Shown here in pieces: positions 36,872 through 47,182 of a DNA stretch of 64,000 bases. A program made the position numbers and the translations under genes. The notes under the pieces are model-generated. The model saw only the letters and a program-made list of their open reading frames with translations, had not been told where the DNA came from and did no database searches. Source of the DNA: Symsagittifera roscoffensis (taxonomy: Eukaryota); assembly GCF_963678635.1 (NCBI RefSeq), contig NC_087064.1, positions 32,681,028 to 32,745,027 on the forward strand. The letters are read 5' to 3'. Position 1 is the stretch's first letter. Each line of letters opens with the position of its first letter.

Positions 36872-37839
36872 GTTTCATATTTATCGCGGTTTTGATTAAA
36901 CAAAACATGCTCAGAAAATTCTAGCAGAAGTCGAGAGCTATTTTATTTAGAAAATTTAATAAATCTAATGGGAGAAAATGGATAGTTACTTTTGAACTGT
37001 CGTTTGCTGTTTCGATTTATTACACAAGCAAAGCTTATGTGATAGTATGATTTCTCTTCTTTTCCGACCTAAGTCGCAAATATTGTGCTCTATAAATTGA
37101 GGAATGTTAGTTGGTAAATTTCTTTTTTTTTCAAATTGACTGGTACTGATAATGCGTCATAATAGGCTTGAGTCACTTAGCAACTATGTAGACTCATATT
37201 TGGCGTGCGAAATCATCATTCAGTTTTAATCATTCAGTTTTCCTTAGTAGCGTTATCGTTCATATTTTGCTTGTGTATGCGAAAAGCAACTTCGCCTCTG
37301 TGTTTAGTTTTTTTTTGTTTTTTATGCGAAATCAGGCAGCTTAAACATTCGTTGGAATAGATCAAGTGATATATCATATTGAAGCCGTTTCCGTTATGAT
37401 TCGAACATTTAAAATTTCCCAATGTCGAGAAAAATTGGTTCGAATTTTTTGATTTTTATTATAAGTACTAGGAGTATACAAGCGAGCGAGGTCTTATGAT
37501 AGGTTTTTAATTTTATATTTTTTGTTATTTGAGTAAGAACATGAAAGTTAAGTTCAACTGCAGTAAAATTGTTAATTTTTTCATTGAGATTTCTATAATT
37601 TGAGTGACATTCTATTGCTGAACTATGAACTGGCACACCATGATTTCACATCTTGTAATTTTATCTTTTGATATTTTTATACGTAGTAAAGATACTAACT
37701 TTTTGAGCAACGACCAAGACCAGTTGCCAGCTTAATAAATAATAAATTTAACTTGTGAATTGGCGTTTCGAACAGAAAAAGTTCGAAACTATTAGCTTTG
37801 TTACAATTTGTTTCCTTTGTTTGAGGAAAACTGATGTCA

Positions 37840-38290
37840 AATCTATCTATCTATAATTTAATTGGCGTTCTATGCGACTTATGTTTAAGAGTCTCTATAT
37901 AGACATGTGTAAAATCAGTAAACATAGACATTTTAGGTAATAGACTTGTACGTAAAACCATTTAGCATACATGAATGTAATAATACTCAAGGTCAAAAAT
38001 CTCAAGTTCAAAATTTAATTTAAAATCTATCTTTCTATCTATCGATCTATCTATACGACCATCGATACATTATTTAATTGGCGTTTCACTTGACACATTT
38101 TAAAGAAGTCCTTGTGTTGACATGTCGAACGCACTCATTTGGTGGTAGGTACATAGATTTACCTTCTACCATACATGCACGTAATATTACCCAAGGTCAA
38201 TTTTTTTATTTAAAATCATCTTTCTATCTATCTATTTATACATCCATCCAAACATTATCTAGTTGGCGTTTCACTTGAGAAATTTTAAAG
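37840..38290. repeat. Tandem repeat (~190 bp x ~2.5) with (TCTA)n microsatellite cores
   Basis: Three TCTATCTATC runs at ~37845, 38025 and 38225 are each followed by ...TTAATTGGCGTT(T/C)..CTTGA....TTTTAAAGAA. Confidence 0.7.
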
Positions 38291-38589
38291 AATTCCCTCT
38301 GTTGACATATTTAAGCTTTTTCAACTCATTATTTTCGCATGTTTAACGAAAGAATTTTTGCACGTTTGGGCTATATCGTATATTCTCATACTTAAGAATT
38401 TTCACTTGGAACAAGTGTCAGAAATTGCTATATTGGTCTGTTAAATGGCCAAAACAATGCAAGGGTTTTAAATGTAAACTCAAGTCTACCTTTTCAAATC
38501 TTTTGGAGCTGGATTGCTTTAACTCTACATTTTTCCTACATGCGCAACATAAAACTGTCAATTTTTTTTATCACATTTTAAAAAATTAA

Positions 38590-40230
38590 ATCGGATTTTT
38601 AAAACCCTTTAGTGGCTTGATATCAGGTTACACTCAGGGGTTGCCCATCTGGCGTTCAAGTATGACTGCTCAAATCCTTTTGGTGTTCGAAATATGGTGT
38701 GTTCTATGATTTTTTCTTTTTTTTCTCGAAGAACTTAGATTTAAAAAAATAACTGAGCTCGAAATTCTCAGCGATATAGTGGGTTGCTGTCAGGGTACAT
38801 TCAGAGATTGGTCATCGTTCTAGTGTGACTGCTCAAATCCTTTGGTGTTCGAGATATGGTGTGTTCTATGATTTTTTCATTTTTTTCTCGAAAAACTTAG
38901 ATATAAAAAACTAACTGAGCTCGAAATTCTCAACCCTATAGAGGGTTGCTGTCAGGGTACAGTCAGAGATTGGTCATCTGGCGTTCTAGTGTGACTGCTC
39001 AAATCCTTTGGTGTTCGAGATATGGTGTGTTCTATGATTTTTTCAATTTTTCTCAAAATCTTGGAAATAGGAAACTAACCGAACTCGAAATTTTCAAGCC
39101 TATAGTGAGAGGCTATCAGCGTACGCTCAAGGGATACAAACCTGCCATCCAGTTATAACTGCTCAATTATTATTGGTTTTCGAGAAATGGCGTTTGTTAT
39201 GATATTTTCTTTTTTTTTTCAAAAAAACTTAGACATAAGAACACAAAATCATTTGGACTTCATTCTCAACCCCATAGTGGCGTGTTTTCAGAGTACACTC
39301 AGAGCTCTGAATTTGGCTTCCAAGTGTGACTGTTCAAATCCTTTTGGTTTCGAGATATGGCGTTTTTTATGATTTGGAAATTTTGGATATAGAAAAAACT
39401 AACGGAATTTGAAAATCTCATCCCTAAAGTAGGATATTGTCAAAGTTCACTCAGCAGTTGCAAATGTGGCCTCCAATCATGACTGCCAAATCTTTTGGTT
39501 TTTGAGATATGGCGTTTTTTTTTTCAAAAACTTAGATGTAAAAAAATTAACCGAACTAGAAATTCTCAGAGCTATAGTGGGTTGCTGTCAGAGTTGACTC
39601 AGGGTTATTAAATCTGGCGTCCAAGTTTGACTGCTCAAATTTTTTTGGTTATTGAGATTTGGCGTTTATTATGATAATAAAATTGTTTTAAAAAATTTTA
39701 GTTTTAAAGAAATACTAACCGAACTTGAAGTTCTCAACCCTAAAGTGGGTGCTGACAGGGTGAACTCAAGGGTTGCGAATATGGCGTCCACGTATGACTG
39801 CCTAAATCTTCTTGGGTTTCGAGACTTGGCGTTTTTTATTGTTTTATTTCGAAAAAAAAACAATATTTAAAATTTTTCTATTATGTTTTCAAATTTTGTT
39901 CTAAAAAAAAACCTAAAATTTAAAAAACTAATCTTGACTTTGTCAACCCGAATAGTGTGGTTCTGTCACGGTACATTCAAGGGTACTGTCAGGATACAAG
40001 TCTGGCCTCTAATTTTTACTGCATTAATATTTTTTGTTTCCAAAAAATGGGGTATCCAAGATATTTTGTTTCCAAGAAGACTTAGCTTTAAAAACAACTT
40101 GTATAAATTGAATTTCTCAACCCTATGGTGGGGTGCTGTCAGTTTACAATATAGACTAGCAGTTGCCCTCTTATTTTTCCTGCTCAAATCCGTTTGGTTT
40201 TTGATACATGACGTTTCGACTAGAGATAGA
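38590..40230. repeat. Satellite, ~155-bp unit, ~10-11 diverged copies
   Basis: The unit ...AACTGAGCTCGAAATTCTCAACCCTATAGTGGGTTGCTGTCAGGGTACA.TCAGAGATTGGTCATCTGGCGTTCTAGTGTGACTGCTCAAATCCTTTGGTGTTCGAGATATGGTGTGTTCTATGATTTTTTC... repeats with growing divergence toward 40200. Confidence 0.8.
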
Positions 40231-40304
40231 TGAGGCCAGTTTATCTTCACGGTTGTATTAATTATCGCTGTTTTTCAGAGAGCTTTTTCTATGTTCAACG
40301 ATTA

Positions 40305-40665
40305 TTTTGGAGCACCGTAGGAACGAGTCATGCGCTAGTATACCTAAATTAGTCCCTACCGAGTAGAACTAAGCTCAAGGCTTTTGATCAAATCCTCTCA
40401 TCGAACCGCGAATAAAAAAAGAAACAATATCAAGAAATTTTTTTTTGCGGTTCAATAAGAGGATTTGAACGAAAGCCTTGAGCTTAGGTTTACTGGATAG
40501 TGACTCAGAAATAATTATTTTTATATTGCTTTCAATAATCATAAAAGCTTAACAAAAGCATTTTTCAGATTGTCGTTTGTTTTGCGGTTCGATAAGAGGA
40601 TTTGAATCAAAGCGTTGAACTTAGGTCTAATCGATAGCGACTAGTTTAGGTATATTGGGCATCAG
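40305..40665. mobile_element. MITE-like element with terminal and internal inverted repeats
   Basis: Left arm AGTCCCTACCGAGTAGAACTAAGCTCAAGGCTTTTGATCAAATCCTCTCATCGAACCGC. Its reverse complement appears internally (GCGGTTCAATAAGAGGATTTGAACGAAAGCCTTGAGCTTAGG...) and again at the right end (GCGGTTCGATAAGAGGATTTGAATCAAAGCGTTGAACTTAGGTCTAATCGATAGCGACTAGTTTAGGTATA). Confidence 0.6.
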
Positions 40666-41217
40666 TTGCCTTCAAACAAGAGAAACAAGTTAAAGAAGTC
40701 GAATACAAAACTACCGATTTTACTGGAACTAAATTGAATTTTTACGGTCTTAATCAAATATTAAAAATTATAAACCTATTATAAGACCTCGCTCGCTTTT
40801 TTTCTCTACTAAAATCAAAAATTCAAAACCGATTTTTCTCGACATAGGAAATTTTTTTTACAGTAACTGCCTATCCTTTTTCATTAAAAATGTTGTAGAA
40901 TATTCTAAACTTACTATTACTATGCCTACGTTCTAGGCTTTTGCTCGTCACAACGAACAAATTGTGGTTAGTTTGTTCGTTTTGATCAACTAAATGTCGT
41001 TTTTGTGGTCGGAACAAATATTGTTCATTTTTCTGCTCGGAACTTTCTGTGCTATGCAGGTTATAACTGTAATTCGAATCAAAATTCTAATACCTGAATT
41101 GTAATACCTGACTAAGTTGCCGGTTTCGAGAGAATTATGGTCATTTTCGTTTCTTGATTCTATTTTTAATGTAAACGAATTCCTGAAATCAAGAATTTAT
41201 ATCTGTCTAATTTTTAG

Positions 41218-41393
41218 TTTGCTCTGGGCTATGCTGACATCCTGAAAGACTCGCCTGGCTCGGAGAAAATCATGCGCTCCACCATATTGAAAGTATTTGG
41301 GTCAGTAGTCAAGGAAATTGAGTCTGGAGAAGAGGAGACATTTTCTGATGCCAGAACTGAGAAAGTCAGGGAATTGTTTGCACAACTAGACCA
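41218..41393 (+). CDS. Internal coding exon A of a ubiquitin-like-domain gene (helical N-terminal region)
   Basis: Acceptor TTTTTAG|TTT. FALGYADILKDSPGSEKIMRSTILKVFGSVVKEIESGEEETFSDARTEKVRELFAQLD. Strong donor CCA|GTAAGT is phase 2 and joins exon B in frame. Confidence 0.5.
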
Positions 41394-41624
41394 GTAAGTA
41401 TCCAGAAATAACGGAGTATGTGTTAGTAGCATCTCTTATTGAAGTTTTATTGAGACCAGGCGTCCTCTGGCATATCTTAAATAACAATTCAGAAGTCAAT
41501 AATTTATCATGAAATTTGATTCGAATTAATAATTTGGAACCACGATTCTCCTTCAGTATCTTCCTAAGTTATGCTTGCAAAAGATTCTAGACAGTTGTTT
41601 GTATTAATTTCATTTTCGTTTCAG

Positions 41625-41799
41625 GAGTATGATTGATTCCTTGGACCAGACAATGCTCACATCCCTGAACAAAGCAACCAATAACTCTCTTCTGCGGCTC
41701 CTTAGCGTGCATGTTATAGAATTAACTGGAAAAACCTCGATCTACTCCATCTCAGCCTTTGATACATTTGGCGATCTCAAGGTGCAAATCGAGGAAAAA
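41625..41799 (+). CDS. Exon B of the ubiquitin-like-domain gene (start of Ubl fold: ..HVIELTGKTSIYSISAFDTFGDLKVQIEEK)
   Basis: Acceptor TTTCGTTTCAG|G. Restored codon Q, then SMIDSLDQTMLTSLNKATNNSLLRLLSVHVIELTGKTSIYSISAFDTFGDLKVQIEEK. Donor AAA|GTTAGT is phase 0. It aligns to ubiquitin residues 1-33 ([33 protein letters not shown]). Confidence 0.7.
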
Positions 41800-42528
41800 G
41801 TTAGTGTGTCTTAATGCTTAACGAAGCAAAAAGGTATAAAATTAAGGCATTTTATTAGCGCTTGCGTGTCAGAATCAGTGAAGTCAATTTGGTGGTAATC
41901 CTTATGCGAATTGTATGGTTGATGACATCCGTTTCTTTCGGGAATCAACTTTCTTCTCGTTTCGTGTTTGCCGTAGAATGCTTTGTCCTTTGATCTTTTT
42001 TCCTTTCTAATTGCTACTTTCACTGTGGCCTTTTAAAAGGTATGTTCTCTTGGTACAGCTCCTGATATAATGACCACTTTACGTGTCATTTCATTGCTGG
42101 TCACCCCGAAGTCCGAGAGATCGAAATAAACCTGATGATGTTGCTGATGATGAGGTTCCTCTAAATATCAATACTGCATTCTAATTCCTGGCTTTCCATC
42201 GCCAATTTTAAGCCTGTCATTATGCACACGGTTTTGCCGTACCACTCATCTAGCGCGCTGAGGTATGCAAGTACGAGTCGAATGGCCTCTTTTTTTTACT
42301 GGTATGACGATCACAGTCGTCCATCCGGGGTTTGATTATGCTTAAAAACGAGTCCGGTTTTGTGGCATGCGGGTTGTCCCAAGGAGTACATCTGTCATCT
42401 TCTTTCTGTTTTGTGATATGGAAAATCTATCGACTGTATCTATTTTTTGTTTGCGGTAGCTGATTTTGCGTGGGTTAAAAATATTGCAGTGGTCGGAAGA
42501 ATAATAACTTGATCGCTCTTTGTTTTAG

Positions 42529-42681
42529 ACAGGTATTCCCGCGGATCAGCAGCGGTTGATTATCAGAGACCACCAGTTGTTGGACCACATGTTGCCATCA
42601 GACGTGGGAATGAATAATGGAGACAAGATACATATGGTGCTGCGGCTCAGAGGAGGTAACATATATAAAAAAAATTTATAA
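42529..42681 (+). CDS. Exon C of the ubiquitin-like-domain gene: C-terminal half of the Ubl ending ...HMVLRLRGG, then a 7-aa tail and stop
   Basis: Acceptor TTTTAG|ACA is phase 0. TGIPADQQRLIIRDHQLLDHMLPSDVGMNNGDKIHMVLRLRGG-NIYKKNL* aligns to ubiquitin [43 protein letters not shown]. Equivalents of L8, I44, H68 and V70 are conserved and the diglycine is intact. An alternative GAG|GTAACA donor sits right after GG. Confidence 0.75.
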   Translation, partial: TGIPADQQRLIIRDHQLLDHMLPSDVGMNNGDKIHMVLRLRGGNIYKKNL

Positions 42682-42689
42682 AAAAGATC

Positions 42690-43190
42690 AGTAGTTCGTG
42701 AAGTTGACGTGAAGTTTCAAAAATATACTGGAACCAGTTCTAAACTAGAATTTATAATTGGTTATAAATATAATTCTCTATTCCTTTAAAGTAATAATAC
42801 TAGCCAATCATATTCCATCCCTAACAATGACACTTATTTGTAAGTGCTGAAACTACTTGTAGTTTCAGCACCAGAACAATTTAAATAAAACTTAGACTAC
42901 AGTTGTTCTCTTCTGGATACAACTCAAAGAACTAATACGCAAAACCGGTATACACTAGATTTGTTGAGACTAGGAGATATAAGAGTAAGATTAAGATTGG
43001 TATTAGACTAAGAAGTAGCACGAATCTATCCGGCCGAAAATAAGATAGCATGACGAACAGACGGTGTACTCTATCTGAAATTACTCTATGAGCATAACCA
43101 ATAGGTCATAACTTATCTGGTGCGACCACACGTGTCGAACAAGACCTTAACTAACCTATAATTAGAATATTGAAATAAAAATTAGACAAT
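42690..43190 (+). repeat. Putative 5' LTR of the retrotransposon (contains a 13-bp-stem hairpin GTGCTGAAACTAC..GTAGTTTCAGCAC at ~42843-42875)
   Basis: Non-coding block immediately 5' of the A-rich internal region. Boundaries are approximate because no 3' LTR is present for comparison. Confidence 0.35.
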
Positions 43191-46100
43191 TGCAAAAATG
43201 TTAGATGGATTAGAGAGTTTAATAGAAATGTCTCTACGACACAATAGATCTATGCCAATTTTCCAAACAATACGAGAAATACCAGGTATTGCGAGAAGGC
43301 CAAAAACAAGGCGCGATCTACGATTGAGAAGAAACCTACCAATCGACTTCATGCTAGTAAGACGAAAACCGGAAGAACAAATTTTCGTATTTAGAATCCT
43401 TTCCGCAGTAAATTTAAATTTATTTTTACTGACATAAAAACAATCTGAAGAAAAATTCTTCAGTACAAATATTGCTCAACCTACTATTTATAAAATAACG
43501 ATTGATAAAAACAACACAAGTCGTTCCTACAAAATCTGCAGTAAATCAAAACTTTTGAATAGAAATATTTATTGAACAAAACAACAAAAATTTGTTAGTA
43601 TAAAATTTGTTGTTAGTTTCATTAATATGCACACATCTTTTCTTCATCCCAGCTTCATCACCTAAAACATAATAGCAAATTTCAAAAAACTAATATCATC
43701 TAAACTTTAACTTTAAACCTTTTTAAACTTAAACCTTTAAATTAAACTTTAATAAGGCTTATTCTTGCTTTCTTTTAAATTATCTTATTTTAAACAACAG
43801 ATCATCAAGGCGTTCCTTGGATCTTCAAAGTCACATAAATTAAATTTCTTTTAATTCTGATCATCAAGGCCTCCCTTGGATCAAATCATACCAATTTTGT
43901 TCACCTAAACAAATTAGTTCAAGTGTCTAACGACCTCAAACGTCGATTCACTTTCCAACCCTTATAAACGACTCAGGACTAATCGAAATTTTTGAAAAAA
44001 CTAACCATTTTAATTAAGATAAACAGTGAAGAACTTCGGTTACTCATCCCTCACTTGAGCCCATCCTCTTAGATGACCCAGACTAAAACACTTAAAACTT
44101 AGTAAGTCATAAGATAGTATCTAACGGTCTACTTGCGTTCTAATCATACCTGAACCTTGTGGATTGATTTACTATTCTCCAACCTTTGATCACAAATCAC
44201 AACCCCTAAGTAAGATCATAAAAAGTCCCTCTTGGACGAGAACCTAATCACGAGAAAGTAAAAAATCATTCTCACGAATTGATATACTTTTCTCTCTCCA
44301 ACCCGTTAACTCCGACAATCTATGCCCCAAGTTAAGATAACCACACAAAAACTGTATGAACTAACCGTTTAAGGAAATATAAACTCTAACCCCCTAGTGC
44401 TTGCTTCCCTCATCCTAAAACTTATGTCAAGAGATAATCTAGGCAGTAAACAAACAATCATATTACATAATTGTTTAATCAGAAACGAACGGTACGATCT
44501 TGTAATCACACCCCACAAACAAACAATAGGATATATCAGATCAAAAAGACAAACACGTGAAAAGACAATAATAGCAAAACAAAAGCAAAGTATCAAAAAA
44601 CGATTTCAAAGAGGAAACGCAGCCTCAGAATCAGAAACAAACACGATACAGGAACTTCAAGATTTAAAAAGTTCAATAAACAAGAAAAAAGCACTAGAAA
44701 AGTCAAAAATGTTTTTTTGACTCCGAAGCAACATCACCATCATCAATTAAAGGAAAACGTAGAATTCAAAAATCATACATTAATAAACGAGTACGTCTTT
44801 ATAATTGGAAAGAACCAATCCGACATATTGAAAGTTACACATTAACAGTTTTGAGATGATCGAATAAAACGAAATTTTTGACAATAATTCAATTTTCCCA
44901 TTTTCTATAAACCAGAAAGTGATCCCGCTCGAGGACAAGTACAATTTTGTCACAACTTAATTGTAAATTTATTCGAAAAAGTTTAGAGCCCGTGTAAAAA
45001 TGAATTTCCCGAAATAAGAATAACAAGTCAAATCCTTGACCACTACCTCAAAGATTAATGTAACATAACAACACAGTACGGTGTATTCACAATAGAAACC
45101 TTTTCACCAAAACCAAACCACCCTATACATCAAATACAAATAGATGACATAGATGCAGAATTCTCAAAAGATTTTACAGAATACATAAAAAATATACAAC
45201 ACCATAATTCACAAAGAGCAAATGATGTTTTTTCACTTATTTACAGCTATGTATTTATACTAGAATCGAAAGAGATACAAGATGCATCACCACGTCAAAC
45301 ATCCAGACCCTCAACTGTAAGACACGAAATAAATATTTTTTCAAAATTTTTAGATACAATACGTGAAAATTTCAACGTTAATGAAATTTCACAAAACGTC
45401 AAACACGATCTACAAAAAATTTTAGCATGGTTCATTATTGACTATTTCGTTCACAACATTGATTTTATAACACAGTCAAGGAAAAGTTTTAAACCACAAA
45501 ATTTAGACGCAACTGTATTAGCAGATAAAACAGATTATGTTTGGGACACTGATAAGTCTCATCCATTATTGATCAGTATAACAACTGATATTTCAAGCGC
45601 AGCAACTGCAACTATATCCGTAAATAGAGAATATGTTAAAATAACTCCACTTACTATTGACGCAACCCCTTTAAACTAAAATACAAAATTCACTGATAGA
45701 ACAAAAAATAATAGCTTAAAGTCCACATTCATTAATACACAAGCCAATTTAATTGGAACAAGAATTCTTACACAACAAGATATTTAAACTCCATCACATT
45801 TCATAAATGAAGAAATTGTTGAGACCAGGCCAATAACAAGACAACAAAGCATATCTCCTATTCACCCAACAATTACAACACCACCAAATAAAAACGCAAC
45901 ATTTCCACAAACAACCATACAATCAACAATAAAACCTTCTGTTGCCCCGAAATATTCACAAATGGATTATCAGACAATTAGACCAATAACACGAAATCAC
46001 GATAATCAAACAAAAAAAAATGACAGAAACAATTTTTCAGACCATAATAATAATTTCTTAGCCAATAATAATATAGCAAAACCCCCCCTATAAAAGCTAT

Positions 46101-46312
46101 CAAAGTCAATCACAGGCACAAAACTACAACCAACAATCACAACAACAAGTTTTCCACTCAGTTTTTTCAACGATCAACAACGAGATACAGCGGATTATAG
46201 TGAAAATATTTCAATTTTTCAACAAAATAAAAAATTGACAAATAGACATTTTACAAGAAATCAACCACATTATTCAGAAGATGAAGATTATTTTAATCAA
46301 AACCACCAATGA

Positions 46313-47182
46313 TTGTATATAAATCATCAAAACAACAACTGGAATATTGATCAACCAGATCCTATCTATCAACCAGATCTATTTGAACCATACGCACGAA
46401 ACGAACAAACACAACAATCAAAACAAACTTTTCCTCCAAGACAAAATTCAGCATCATATAACAATAACAATTTCCCATCACAAAAACCGACAAATACACA
46501 AAATTATCAACCAGCACGAATGCAAAATGAAATTCCGTTGCCATATTTTTTACAGCAACATGAAATCACAAAAACAACTAAAAATTTTTTCTCAAATGCC
46601 AAATGGCGCAGAATCATTCAAATGACTTTGAATTCATACCTTATGGGTGGATCATCCATATCTTCGAATAAACCATTAATGGTATTCACAGGAACAGATC
46701 CTGAATACTCAATAGAAGATTATTTAATTGCAATCACAGCAAATTTAAATCTCAATGTAGGACCTGAACCAATAAATAGGCCACTTCATCGAAATTGGAT
46801 ACATAGACGCACAGCTCTAATCCAAACCACACTTGATGGCGCATCAGAAAAATGGTTTCAATTTTTACCAATTGAAAATAAATCAGACTGGAAAAGATTC
46901 ACACAAGAATTTTCAAAAATGTTTGACTCTGAAAGCAATAAACAACATCAAAGAGTTTTTCGTAATGAAATCCGTAGACTCCCTAACGAAACAATCAAAC
47001 AACTTGCAGTAAGAATCAAAACATTAGTAAGAAAAGCATACTCACTTGATACACATGATTACAAAAATATGAAAATGACAGAAGTCTTAATGATAACTTT
47101 AACACCACAACTACGAAAAATAGCGATAAAAAAGAGAGCATCGCATCCATCTTCAATTCGAGAACCTGATATAGATTTTTGA
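46313..47182 (+). CDS. Retrotransposon Gag (capsid-like) ORF
   Basis: The 289-aa ORF includes ...DGASEKWFQFLPIENKSDWKRFTQEFSKMFDSESNKQHQRVFRNEIRRLPNETIKQLAVRIKTLVRKAY, typical of retrotransposon Gag. A zinc knuckle follows. Confidence 0.7.
   Translation: MYINHQNNNWNIDQPDPIYQPDLFEPYARNEQTQQSKQTFPPRQNSASYNNNNFPSQKPTNTQNYQPARMQNEIPLPYFLQQHEITKTTKNFFSNAKWRRIIQMTLNSYLMGGSSISSNKPLMVFTGTDPEYSIEDYLIAITANLNLNVGPEPINRPLHRNWIHRRTALIQTTLDGASEKWFQFLPIENKSDWKRFTQEFSKMFDSESNKQHQRVFRNEIRRLPNETIKQLAVRIKTLVRKAYSLDTHDYKNMKMTEVLMITLTPQLRKIAIKKRASHPSSIREPDIDF

Noticed and set aside
43198-44720. ORFs 43198..43437 and 44397..44720 between the LTR and Gag
   Set aside because: Basic/low-complexity. Could be decayed Gag N-terminus but unsupported.
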